NCBI RefSeq assembly: GCF_009914755.1
Contig: NC_060932.1
DNA: 64,000 nucleotides
Strand: one strand, 5' to 3'
Source of the DNA: the human T2T-CHM13v2.0 reference genome, Homo sapiens
Shown: in pieces, positions 41,201 to 54,258 of the stretch
Layout of the letters: each line of letters begins with the position of its first letter
Numbering within the stretch: the first letter of the stretch is position 1
Notes under the pieces: model-generated
What the model saw: only the letters and a program-made list of their open reading frames with translations
Databases searched by the model: none
Told to the model about the DNA's origin: nothing
Translations under genes and position numbers: made by a program

Positions 41201-41808
41201 TAGTAATCAATCAAAATTATATAAAGTCTTCTCCAGTAATTAAGAAATACATATGCAAATTCTTTTGTGATTGAGTAAAAGCAGCTTAAATTACTTTTCT
41301 TTTCTACATTAAGAAATATATTCTCAACATTTTCAGTGAGAATTTCTTGTAATGGCACCTCAAATTTTATACTCTTAAAAAAAAACAATAATTTGTGAAT
41401 TACCACCAAAAGGCAATGGCAGTCCTACATTTAAGAATAGAGCTATGCAAACTCTGTTAAAAACTATGAGGAAAACTTATATTAGAACTTTTGATATATA
41501 CTAAAATACTGATTATCTTAATCACATTTTCCCCAGAGATAAACATTGAGAGAACGAAAGCCAAAGTGTCATTTAAGAGAGATATATATGAAAAAGTAAC
41601 ATTAATATATAGAACTTTACCATCACCAGCCGTAGTTGATAGAAAATATTAGTTTCAGAATTACCCTCCTTTAAAAAATAAGAGACTATTTGTTTTCTTT
41701 TAATTTCTATGAATAAAAGAAATTTTTAAAAACTTTAAAATTTTAAATATTAGTCAAAATACTTTTTAAGTCCTGAGTGCTTACAGGTAGTTGTTAAAAA
41801 AATTTTAA

Positions 41809-42116
41809 GGCCAGGCATGGTGGCTCGCTCACACCTATAATCCTAGGATCTTGGGAGGTCGAGGCAAGCTGATCGCTTGAGCCCAGGAGTTTAAGACCGG
41901 CCTGAGTAGCATAGCAAGACCCTGTCTCTACAAAAAAAACAAAAATTAGCTGGGCATGGTGGCATGCACATGTAGTCAGAGCTACTGGGGGTGCTGAGGT
42001 GGGAGGATCGCTTGAGCTCAGGAGAGTGAGGCTGCAGTGAGCTGAGATTACGCCACTGCACTCTAGCCTGGGCAACGGTGAGACCCTGCCTCAAAAAAAA
42101 TAAAAATAAAAATAAA
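41809..42116 (+). mobile_element. Alu (AluJ-like) within the 3' UTR
   Basis: Alu consensus with A-rich tail. Confidence 0.9.
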
Positions 42117-43431
42117 ACACTTTAATTAGAATCTATTTTTACCTATTTTCTAAATTTATTTAAATGCTTAGCAGGAAGCATAAGGAAAAGCCATCGGCCT
42201 CCAATACCCATGATGACAGAGGGAGCACTTGAGCCTTGCCTTCCCTCCTCTTAAATCAGGGTGTGTTCCGAGATTACAGAACATCACACCTTGGCGTGAT
42301 GAAATCATGCCAAGATTCTGACTCTCCCTTTCCGGTGATACTGCTCATGATTTCTCCTAATACGCTTCAAGCAACTGTTACCACAAAAAATACAGTTTCC
42401 GCAGGGCTTTAAAGGATTGAGTTTAGCATGTATATCATGCGTTATTAAAGTTCACGTGATTCATGTGAAATTAACTGTCCTTTTTGCTAGTGCCAAAACA
42501 GTGCCTTCTCTGCACACTTTACTTGTTTATAAAGTTCTCCCACATGTCCTTAAATATCAAGGGGGAAAGTATGGATATTCGCGTAGCAATAATGCCAGCA
42601 AAGGTCATTTTCATTTTTTAGTCATATAGATATGAAAATAAGTTCATATAGATATGAAATTGCTTGACTTTATTGTTTTGGGGAGATTTTTTTTCCTTAC
42701 ATGATTATATTAAACACTTTAAAATAGCCTTCCGGTTTCTGGATTTTGAGAAGCCTGATCTGTTATTGTTGTGGTTGTTGGTGTTTGTAATATTCATTAT
42801 TGTTTGTATATACACGGTTTAGTCTTACTGATTTCAAATGCATTTTGTTATTGCTCAACCCAACTGGTAACACTGTTTGCTGGGAGCATTATACTTAACT
42901 TTGATTCACCATGGTTGATGCCACTGCCATGATCGCTGGGTCTTAAAGAGCTTTCCCTAGCCACTGACAGCCCCGTGGAGATCATAATCAGGGCCCCAGG
43001 CTGGTTCCAGGATCAGGCAGCCTATAGAGTGTGAGCATCTATGTGTAGCTACCCTTGTTGGGTGGGCTCTTAGACTGATGGGGTAGGATATGAAGTGAAA
43101 GACTTCAAATGCAAGTAAGGTAGTTTGGGCTCCTTAATTCCAAACATCCCATGAGTATATCAAGATGAATAAGGACCAAGGGACCTCTGTGACTCATAGA
43201 AGGGCTGGCTGAATCCTGAAGTAGCATAGTGGGACCTGGTCTACAATTTATGCACATGCACTGACAGCCTTGCTGTGCCACGTGTCTCACCAAGACCCAG
43301 TTGGGAAAGAGCGTCATATTGCCAACAGGTTGGGTTTCTCTGGCCTACACCTGATTAATGGGCCCTTTATCTTTGGTGTCCCCTAGGAGTGTCCAGTTGT
43401 TTTATTGCTGTATTTTGTTATTGCAGTACTT

Positions 43432-43681
43432 AATAAAAATTGTTGATAGGGCCCAAAACCCTACAGAAATTCTATGTCTGTAAAAACCAACAAAGGCATT
43501 GGACTTGTGTGAATGTACAGGGTTTTTTTAGTAGTAATTTTAAATTTAAATGTTTTAAGTGATCATCAGTGTTCCTTTTTACTTATAAAGTTGGATTCTT
43601 TTTTAGAATTTGTAATAAATAAAAACTGCTGCTTTACCACTGTAAAATATGCTTTCTGATGTGGTGTATTTTTAAAATAAA
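43432..43681 (+). terminator. Polyadenylation signal cluster
   Basis: AATAAA at 43432, 43614, 43618 and 43676, with a GT/T-rich element at ~43651-43673. Confidence 0.7.
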
Positions 43682-44730
43682 TTTTAATATGTAATAATAT
43701 AGAATGCAGATGTTACCCATACCAAAAGCACACATTTCATACTTACCTAAATTAAACTCCTTATTTATTTGGAAATCTTTAAAGCTCAGAAATATAAGCA
43801 ATCTACATTGAAACAATTGAAGAATACTAAGCTGGCAGCCTAAGGCCTGCTGTATGACTGACTACCAAGTCCTGTGAGATGAAAGAGATGTCTTCACATA
43901 TCCTCAATACTCATGGCACATTCCAAAAAATACCAGTTGCTCTTGAAGCATGCTACCCCAGAGTCACACATCTGGGATCCTATCACTACGACTGCCATTC
44001 ACTTTGACATTGCTTTGATCTGTAAGAAGTTCATCAATGTTCTTTCCACCAATCATAGCCTTTAATCATTGGTGATCAGTTGTATGTCCACTAGGATACT
44101 TTTAAGTATGGTGAATGATTATCAACTTTTTACTCTTTGATAGGGAGGGAGAATTCAATGCGGATTTTTAAAATGTTTCTAAATTGCTTAAAATTACACA
44201 TCTCTTGAGTTAGCTTGTTTAATTTTGAAACATATTTGTGTATGCAGTTCCTATTGTTTCTAGTAAATTGGAGGGAACATGTTGAATTTTAAAAACTTTA
44301 CTATCAATTTAGAAAGCATTAAAAACCAAGCTAAAAAAGCAAACTACTTGCCAAGTAGAAGCCTCAAACAATTTAGTTTTTGTGTGATTAGGGTTGCTGT
44401 GAGGTAGTGGTGCCCTACCTCTCTGTTTTGTCACCATGGGATCACATGAAATAATCCCCCAGTAGTTGTCTCTGGGCTGTAGGTCCAGCCAGAAGCTCCT
44501 GGAGAGAGGAATATGATCTTCTTAGTGTTTAAAGAAGGACTCAGATAGGCTTCCTTTTGGGGCTAAGGGCTCAAAGCCCATGGATTGCTAAGAGATTGTG
44601 CTGAGAAGTCCTCATCTGTGTGGAAAGAGTAAATTATTTCATCCCGTAAACTATCTCAAAAAATTCTCAAAGACATACAAAAATAACTCTCACTATGACA
44701 TTATCTCAGTTTGTCTTTTAAAGTATGTCA

Positions 44731-45030
<300 letters not shown>

Positions 45031-45969
45031 ACAGATCAAAGTATGAGTTAAACTAGAAAGAGACTCAGCTCAATACTCACTTACTTATATAAACCTTCCT
45101 AGTAACAGATTGATAGCCACCTCTTAAATAGTTGTAGATATCAGAGTTTCAGATGTCATAAACTCTGGGTAAAGAGTTCTTATTACTCTATTAAGACTGC
45201 AGCAGTCAAGAGGAAGAGAAACCCACAGGATAGAGACTGCACTACCCAGGAGTACTATATAGCCCAGGGTGGGCCCCAATCTCCAAGCCAGTTTCTGAGC
45301 TCTGAGTCCCTTAGCCCACAAATACTACAACATTGTCAAAGTTCAAGATTCTGGGCATCCCCAGTGGCTGAGTCTCCAAGTCACCGGAATCTTTCCCTAC
45401 CTGCTCACTGATGTCATGGAAGGACCAACAATTTCACTGCTCTGGTAGAAATCAGGTTGTCACGCCATTGTTCTTAAAACAGAACCATTGACTTTAATTG
45501 GTGCACAAGTGTAAATGACTGATAATAGATGCTTTTCAAAAACAGCATTTAGAGCAAATAAGCAAGAGAAGGCAAATAGGCAGAGACAGTTGAAAGAGGA
45601 GGGAGGAGACTAGAAAGAGAAAGAGCAAAGAAAAAAGAGGCCAAAGCTCTCAAGTCACAATTTTCCTATTCTACATTTTGGCTTAGAGTAGTCCCTCTTT
45701 CCCTTGCCACTTAGAGGCTCTTGCAACTAATGAATAGGTGATGCATCTTTACAACATGCTACATCCTGGAGCTAGGAAGGTCTTGTGCTTCATTGGTTTT
45801 AAGTAGACTAAGTTTCTGGGATCCCTACCTTACCCTAAGATGTCCCTTGACGAGTGGCTCTGGGAGTGTCAAAAATGTCTGGCATTTCTATCAGAATGAA
45901 GTCTTCAGGGAGTCCCATATTTAAAACCACTAAATTTTATTCCTGCTAAAACCTCGAAGCATTGATTTT

Positions 45970-47038
45970 TGTTGCAGGAAGTCAGGGACCCCGAACGGAG
46001 GGACTGGCTGGAGCCATGGCAGAGAAACATACATTGTGAAGATTTCATGGACATTTATCAGTTCCCAAATAATACTTTTATAATTTCTTATGCCTGTCTT
46101 TACTTTAATCTCTTAATCCTGTTATCTTCGTAAGCTGAGGATGTACATCACCTCAGGACCACTGTGATAATTGTGTTAACCGCACAAATTGATTGTACAA
46201 TGTGCGTTTGAACAATATGAAATCAGTGCACCTTGAAAAAGAACAGAATAACAGTGATTTTTAGGGAACAAGGGAAGTTACAATCATAAGGTCTGACTGC
46301 CTGTGGGGTCGGGCAAAAAGAGCCATACTTTTCATCTTGCAGAGAGCCTATAAACGGACACGCAAGTAGGAGAGATATCACTAAAATCTTTTCCTAGCAA
46401 GAAATATTAATATTAATGCCCTGGGAAAGGAATGCGTTCCTGGGGGGAGGTCTATAAATGGTCGCTCTGGGAATGTCTGTCTTGTGCAGTTGAGATAAGC
46501 ACTGAGATACACCCTGGTCTCCTGCAGTACCCTCAGGCTTACTAGGGTGGGGAAAAAAGTCCGCCCTGGTACATTTGCGGTCAGACCAGTTCTCTGCTCT
46601 CGAACCGTTTTCTGTTGTTTAAGATGTTTATCAAGACAATACATGCACCGCTGAACATAGACCCTTTTCAGTGGTTCTGCTTTTGCCCTTTGCCTTGTGA
46701 TCTTTGTTGGACCCTTATCAGTAGTTCTGCTTTTGACCTTTGTCCTGTTCCCTCAGAAGCACGTGATCTTTGTTCTGCTTTTTGCCCTTTGAAGCGTGTC
46801 ATCTTTGTACCTACTCTCTGTTTTTACACCCCCTCCCCTTTTGAAACCCTTAATAAAAAACTTGCTGGTTTGAGGCTCAGGTGGGCATCACGGTCCTACC
46901 AATGTATGATGTCACTCCTGGCGGCCCAGCTGTAAAATTCCTCTCTTTGTACTCTTTCTCTTTATTTCTCAGCCGGCCGACACTTAAGGAAAATAAAAAG
47001 AACCTACGTTGAAATATTGGGGGCGGATTCCCCTGATA
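45970..47038 (+). mobile_element. MER11 solo LTR (class II ERV, HERV-K11/HML-8 group)
   Basis: tgttgcaggaagtcagggaccccgaacggaggga ... ttcccctgata; 6-bp TSD gatttt; AATAAA at 46852. Confidence 0.9.
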
Positions 47039-47289
47039 GATTTTTGTGAAAAAATCATCTTGGTTGTATGTCTGTAGTTAACGAAGACTAGTTAGAGAAG
47101 TTACGTGTCCTTATCTTGGGGATGGAGAAGGGATGCCCAAAATATTGGCTGATTTTTTCTTACCTAACAAATTCCTAATGGTATTCACCACTTCAAAGGG
47201 GCAAATAAAAAGCACGGAAGGCAATGGAGTAGGGAGATTTCATGGGTAAGCATAGAAAGCTACCGTTAATTAAAATAGATAATGAAAAT

Positions 47290-47592
<303 letters not shown>

Positions 47593-47597
47593 GTGGG

Positions 47598-47720
47598 TGT
47601 TACAGGTAATGTGATCGTTTATCTAAAAACCCAAGAGATCAACTGAAAACTATTTAAGCTACTAAGAAGGTCCATTAAGGTGACCAGATACAAGCTAAAC
47701 ATACAAAAAAAAAAAATCAG
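47598..47720 (+). mobile_element. Old L1 ORF2 fragment
   Basis: 'atgtgatcgtttatctaaaaacccaagagatcaac' resembles the L1 RT DMIVYLENPK region. Confidence 0.55.
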
Positions 47721-48061
47721 GCCTTCGGAAAGCAGGCTTCAAGTTGTATTTGATTTAGAGCTGCAAGATAATGCTTATTTTAATTGGCTAACATTATAGT
47801 AATTGTTGGAAAAGGAATGGAAAAGATCAACACGACATTCTAATAATAAAATTCTTTCTCACCCTAGAGACAAAGCACGTGGATTTTTATAGTGAAATAA
47901 GACCTGTGAAAAATACAGCTTTGGCAGTTTTTGTTTTCAAATTTAAAATCATCTTGAGATTGTCTCATTCAAGGATAATAAGCCTTGTGATGAAATAGCT
48001 ACATGTCTTGGGAAGCCCTTATACTTCTTATGAATTCTGTTCCCATCTTAATACAGACCCC

Positions 48062-48345
48062 TGTATTAATTTGCTGGGGCTACCATAACAAAGAACCACA
48101 GAGTGCGTGGTTTAAAGAACAGAAATGTATTCTCTTATAGTTCTGAATGGCAGAAATCTGAGAGCAAGGTGGCAGAAGAATGGGTATTCTCTGAGGCCTC
48201 TCTCCTTTGCTTTTATTTATTTATTTATTATTTATTTATTTTGAGACAGTCTCTCTCTGTCGCCCAGGCTGGAGTGCAGTGGTGCCATCTCAGCTCACTG
48301 CAACCTCGCTTCCCAGGCTCAAATGACTCTCTCGCCTCAGCCCCC
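48062..48345 (-). mobile_element. Truncated MLT1 LTR (48062-48210) plus truncated Alu (48214-48345)
   Basis: MLT1 end 'tgtattaatttgctggggctaccataacaaagaaccac', followed by an Alu tail/right arm that stops abruptly. Confidence 0.75.
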
Positions 48346-49261
48346 CAAGAAGAGCCTCTAAGCGGCAAGAGAAAGAGGGACGACTCTCGGCTAAATGTAG
48401 CTGAGCCAGGGCAGTGAAGCTTGACAATAATGGCACAAGAGAGGTGGACCTGGCACATGCATAGTCAGCATGGAGGGGATACTGCGACCGAGAGGAGGAA
48501 TCTAGACCCAACCCCAGGCTCCAACATGGAGTGAGAGTTAAGCAGTCAATTCATGGGGTCAGAATGAAAAGAAATCTCACGGTGGGGCAACTTAGGCAGA
48601 TTTACTCTCTCCTGTGTGCATGCTCCAAGTCCTTTGCTCAGAATTCTCCCCAGAACCTGACACCACATTGCAGTGGTCTAAATGCTTGTTCACTCCTTAA
48701 AAGTAGCCATGAGAGATGATGTCTCAACCTTCATAGCCGTAATGTTAATCACATAGCAAACTCCTGTTGAAATAATCACCTAGTTCCCTTTCTTAATAAA
48801 CAAGAGATGCTAAAACCCAGAAGGTTAAGTGAATTCTGAGAGGCATGGAGAGTTTGTGCCAGTGTCAGCATCTGAACTCTGGTCTTTATTCCCAGGCAAC
48901 TGCTCTCTGCATCGCAAGGCAAGCGAGTGGCAAAGCTCGGGCTAGAGCTGGCAACAGAATATAGAATTCTTGGTTCCTCCTGCAGAAGTGACTGAGAAGC
49001 ATTAGTTTGTTATAAATGGCAGCACTTCTTTCGTTGGGTGTTGAGGGACAAGTCCCTTTCCTGTTATTTAGAATTGAGCTCCCTTTAATAGCAGTGCCTG
49101 GTGCTGAAGATTACAATGAGATGGGCTGCTTCTCACCGGGGGAACACACATAGGCATCTCCCCCGCTAGCAAACTGCTTTGATCATGAGAGTCTGCAAGC
49201 TCAGAAACGCAGGATGGCTCTCTGCAGAGGGACTTGTGAAAGCCCGTATCTTCTGCCCCAC

Positions 49262-49730
49262 TGTTACCTGATAGAGTTGTCCAGGTTCTTGGCCTGTTGA
49301 ACAAAAAATTGAACGAAATGCACGGAGTAACGAAAGAAAGAAGCAAGGAAAAACAAAGCAACAGAAGGGAGGAAGGAAAACGTAGATTTATAGAAGACAA
49401 TTCACAGAGGGCGCTGCAGCAAGCCACAAGAGCCTGACGCTCCCCAGGGATTTTATAAAGCGAAAAGAACTTGGCAACACCCTTGGGTTCCCTTTAGAGG
49501 CCTCCAACTGGTTACACCTTACGAAGGACTGGCCTGCGACCAGTCCGAGGCTGAAGTGGAAACTTCTGCCTTGTTATCAGAGGAGCGAGGATGTGGCCTG
49601 TGTGCCGCCTAATCATGCCTAGAACTGTCTGCACCTGCTGATCTTTTGCTTCTGCGAACTGGCTGCACCTGCTGTTCTCCTGCTCATACCCTAGCCCGTG
49701 CTTACCCTAATTCCCTGTTCTCCTGCCTCA
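49262..49730 (-). mobile_element. ERV1 (MER4-group, MER51-like) solo LTR
   Basis: tgttacc...ctcctgcctca termini (TG..CA); 4-bp TSD ccac; subfamily uncertain. Confidence 0.8.
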
Positions 49731-50129
49731 CCACCAGAGGCCCGGGTTGTCTGCACAGTCTCATTTTCCACGTTATTCCTGTAATGAACCCGTCCTCCCA
49801 CCCCCACCAGCAGTTACAGGGCTGGGTGCGGAGACCAACTCTGGCCAGACACAGAGGAGCAGCAAGAACCCGGGGCAACGGTCCTGTGAGTGAGTGCATG
49901 TGGGGGAGAGAAATGGAATGAACAGAAATAATTTAGGAAGCACTTTTTACAGAGCACTAAGGTTCTGCCTGAGGAGGTGGGGCGGGCGCTGGTAACATTT
50001 GGACAATCGTGGTTAAAAGTGACCCCATCAGCACCCGCTGATCCTTCTTGAACTTGATAACCTTGGTGAAAACGCCAAGCGTTGGAGAAATTCAAGGAAT
50101 GGCTGTTGTAATGTACATTTCACGCTTAG

Positions 50130-50950
50130 CCTTTCCTCCCCGCGCTGGGAAGAAGTGCTGCGCACCGCGGCTCCGCCAGGGGGCAGGAGAAGTCACATTA
50201 CACAGAGAACTAAAAAAAAAAAAAAAAAAAAAAAAATTCCCCAACTTTTTCCCCCAAACCTTGTTCCTCCTCAAGAAACCGAATCCTCCCGCTTCGGCGT
50301 CCCAGGAGCCCGCCCCTCGCCCGCCGCCTCCCCTGCGTCCCCGCCCCGCGCAGCCGCCGCGCTCCTGCGCTCCGAGGTCCGAGGTTCCCGAGATGAAGGT
50401 CTGGCTGCTGCTTGGTCTTCTGCTGGTGCACGAAGCGCTGGAGGATGGTGAGTGACTCTGGGCGCGGGGCCACCTAGCTTGTGCCCTGACTTTAGCCGGG
50501 ACCCGAAGCCCCCGCCGCCCTCCTGCCAGCTCTTGGTCTAACGTTCGGCCCTCGGTGGCTCAGCCCCCGCGCCACTGCCTGCCCGGTGCACCTGCCCCCT
50601 CCTGGTGGGGTCTCCTTTCCTCCCACTCTTTGCCTGCCCGGAGAGCCCTCTAGGGGTGGTGGCAGCTACCCCGACCCTTAGGAGCCCACCAGGACCTCTC
50701 CAAGTCCCCATCTCCGGGCGAACCAAGCATCCCCAGCCAGCGCCTGGTCCAGCCCCCAGTGTCAACGTGTCGGTCTGGGAGGTGGGGCGGGAGCCTCGGA
50801 TCGCTTCCACCTCCCAGCGGCGTGGCTGGGACCTCTGCTGCTGAGAGCGAGTGCCACCTAAGCTCGGCAATCGCTGATTCGGTTGCAGAGTTCCAGGTGA
50901 CCTCCCCCTCCCCTCGCAGTTCTGGGCGTGTTTTCGTCTACCACCTTTTG
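50130..50950 (+). promoter_or_regulatory. PDGFRL: PDGFRL CpG-island promoter with GC boxes and a CTCF-like motif (50173-50186)
   Basis: Only CpG-dense stretch in the window; ccgccc boxes at 50309-50348; CCGCCAGGGGGCAG. Confidence 0.85.
50393..50447 (+). CDS. PDGFRL: PDGFRL first coding exon (signal peptide MKVWLLLGLLLVHEALED)
   Basis: gagATGa start; hydrophobic leader; donor G|GTGAGT (phase 1) joins 62582 in frame. Confidence 0.95.
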
Positions 50951-52035
50951 CTTGAATCCTGCAAGATCTGCCTAGATCTTCGAACAAAAATGTCAGTGTA
51001 TGAAACTTCAAAACGAATCAAAAGCCCACGGCTTATTATATTTATCTAATTGGATGGGAAATGGTGAAGAAAATGCATTTTTTTGGTACAGCGTATGGGA
51101 CCATGACCGCTGCGCGTTTTTGAATGTGTACCTGTCCTGGGTCCACCCTGTCGTGTACACCCGTGACCACAGGGTCTGGGTGTGTGTATTACTGTGGTGT
51201 GTATTATATATTATTGTTAGCATTTAAATGTTTTGTTTGCTCTATTCACTCCATGGGTGTTATTTGTACAGTACATGTTTCATCTGGGTGCCTCCTGGTG
51301 TCCTCAACCCTCTCTTGAAATTCCTGGGCTACAACACAATTTTTGCTTAGATTTAGTGGAAAAGTAGTTTTTGCTGTTATGCAACTTCATGCTGGAGCCA
51401 GCTCGACCTGGCTCACATTTTTATCCACTCGTTCATCCTGACCAGTTCCTTTCTTTCCTAGGAAACTACATTTGCCAAAAAAATACCGCATTGTAGTTTG
51501 CAAAATCCAAGATAGTCGTGGTACTTGAAGTTGAGCATGAGGGTCCTTCAGCCTAGAGCTTTGCTTAATAAAACGTAGGCAGAGCTTCTACTGGGAGAGT
51601 AACACTTAACTCTGCCCAGAGAGAAGTTGCCATGAGTTCAGTTTGTAAAATGCAATATTAAAATGCTCCTGGCAGGCCCTTGTATGCAACTGCTGAAAAG
51701 GCAGAAATGTAATTTGTAGTATCATTTTTTGAATAGGGCAGGAGACGGCCAGGCAAAATAATTTCAAATCAGCCATTCCTTTGTTTATACCCAACTTGCG
51801 AGTCTTAGAGGCTCAGAAATTGACTTCCATTCTGCCTCCTGGATCTCACCCAGCCCATGTGAGTTTATTACAAACATCTGACTAAATTTACCCTTTCTTT
51901 AAGTGTAATCCATACAAACAATAAGCATTTATGAGACAATTGGAGAAAGTGGAATACAGACTGAATGTAAGAAATAGTTCATAAATTTTAGGTGATAATA
52001 GCACGAAGATTTTGTTTATAAAAGTACACACATCT

Positions 52036-52337
52036 GGCCGGGCACAGTGGCTCATGTCTGTAATCCCAGCACTTTGGGAGGCCAAGGCAGGTGGATCACA
52101 AGGTCAGGAGTTCAAGACCAGCCTGGCCAAGATGGTGAAACCCCGTCTCTACTAAAAATATAAAAATTAGCCGGGCGTGGTGGTGGGCACGTGTAATCCC
52201 AGCTACTTGGGAGGGTGAGGCAGAGAACTGCTTGAACCTGGGAGGCAGAGGTTGCAGTGAGCCGAGATCGCACCACTGCACTCCAGCTGGGCGACAAAGT
52301 GAGACTCCATCTCAAGAAAATAAAGATAAAAATAAAA
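52036..52337 (+). mobile_element. Alu (AluS-like)
   Basis: Alu consensus; near-TSD aaagtacacacatct/aaagcacacatatct. Confidence 0.92.
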
Positions 52338-52650
52338 GCACACATATCTATAATGTATGGACTATTTATGGATACAATAGTGAACACACAGTGCTTCATT
52401 AAGTTATGTAACCGTTTGGCTAAACCTATTAAGAATGGTTTTTGGTTTTGAGTTGTGTTGTGAGTTGTGGCCAGGAGCTACTAAGGAGAGTGGATTACAC
52501 AGGAGGCCCTTCCAGTGCTGGTCTCAGATTGGCAGGTTGGGAATATCCTGCCTTCAAGGCCATCCCAAAGCACAAATTACAGACACAAGGTCCATGACTC
52601 AACTTGTTTCACTGCCTTTTAGTTTTTCTGATCACATCTAAAAGACAGTC

Positions 52651-52671
52651 TTTATTATTATTTTATTATTA

Positions 52672-52709
<38 letters not shown>

Positions 52710-52780
52710 GAGATGGAGTCTTGCTATGTCACCCAGGTGGAGTGCAGTGGCACAATCTTAGCTCACTGCGACTTCCACTT
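52651..52780 (-). repeat. (TTA)n microsatellite derived from the tail of a short Alu fragment
   Basis: About 19 TTA-like units, then gagatggagtcttgctatgtcacccagg. Confidence 0.85.
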
Positions 52781-53790
52781 GTGCTAGCCACCACAACTAG
52801 CCAAAGACAGCCTTCTAAGAGGAAAAGACTTCCCTGCAAGTGTGTATGGGGGTGAACATCTGGCCTGTGACCCAATGAAGCTGGCTGCTCCCAATGACAA
52901 AATGCTTTAAATTTTTGGAAGTAATGTTCTTTCTCCTCATGAAGATGGGGAGCTGGAAAGGCACATAATACTTCATGGCATGAAACTGAGGGATGAAAAC
53001 AGGTAATAAATAATCCAAGATTCCACGTTGAGATGTCAATCATAGCACCTGATTTTCAGCATTTATATGGAATACATGCCACCGAGTTTATTAATAGGGT
53101 GCTTCTATTTTCACATTGAAAAGTATAAAATCACAAATATTTCCTGACTTTTGATTACCTACATATTTTTATTGAATGTCAGGAGCAAACACTGAAGTGT
53201 TAATATTGATTTGTGCAACAAGTTCTGTTGAACAACATGAGATCCTTGATCCATGCTAATCTGGTCTTCAGTAACCTGGGTTTATTTTGCATGTGGTGAA
53301 AGGGGTTTCTTTCTTGGAGGACTACAGACATTCATTATTGTCTGAGAGCAATATAGCCAGATCTCTAAGAAGGTAAGGACAGAGACACAATGACGAGGAT
53401 TCTCTAACCAAGAGCCTTTGACACTTTCGTGTCTTCGTTTATTTTTGAGAAAAAAAAAGAGTAAAAATTAGTACAGAAATATTTTAATGAAAAAAAGAAT
53501 TCTAAAGTTCCTTATTGTTTATGAATGCACATAATGAATGCTTTGAAGCATTTAGGATCTTGGCTGGCATGTTTGACATACAAAACCATTTCTGATCCTT
53601 AAAACACAGAAAGAGAAAAGTTTGAGGGCAAGAGAGAGAGATCTGGTGGTCAGAGGACTGATGGTTTTCAAACCTAGACAAGGTTTTAAAACCCTTTCTT
53701 TGTGGTGCTCAATGAAGGGAGAGGAAAGATAAAGAAGTAAAGATACAATTTAAGGAAGTGGTAAGTGGCATCGAGAATCATGAATCAGGG

Positions 53791-54258
53791 TCTATTAGGT
53801 TCCTAGGGCTGCCATAACAAAGTACCACGGAATGGGAGGCTTTAAAACCGCAGAAGTTTGTTTGCTCACAGTCCAGAGGCTTGTAGTCCAAAGTCAGTGT
53901 CAGCAGCACCACACAGCTTCTAAGATGCGGGTAGAATCCTTCCCTGCCTCCACTAGCTTCTGGTTGTGGTCAGCAACCCCTTGGCATTTTTTTTAGCTTG
54001 TGGCCACATCACTCCAATCTCTGCCTCTGTTGCCATGTGACCATCTTCTCCCCGTGTCTGTCTTTACATGGCATTTTCATACGTGTGTGTGTGTGTCTCC
54101 TCATAAGAACATCAGTCCTATTGCAGGAGAGCCTACCCTAATGACCTCATGCTAACTTGATTACATTTGCAAAGACTCCATTCCTCAATGAGGTTACATT
54201 CACAGATACCTGGGAGTTAGGACTTCAGCATTTCTTTTTAGGGGACACAATTCAACCA
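53791..54258 (-). mobile_element. MLT1-family LTR
   Basis: tattaggttcctagggctgccataacaaagtaccac ... ggggacacaattcaacc. Confidence 0.8.

Larger units (their letters stand above)
38277..43700 (+). other. SLC7A2: SLC7A2 long 3' UTR (~5.4 kb)
   Basis: Repeat-poor, AU-rich stretch after the stop, ending at an AATAAA cluster; the end coordinate is inferred. Confidence 0.7.

Noticed and set aside
50048-51049. Long Pro/Arg-rich ORFs on both strands
   Set aside because: Expected from stop-codon scarcity in a CpG island and poly-A read as poly-K/F; only 50393-50447 is supported
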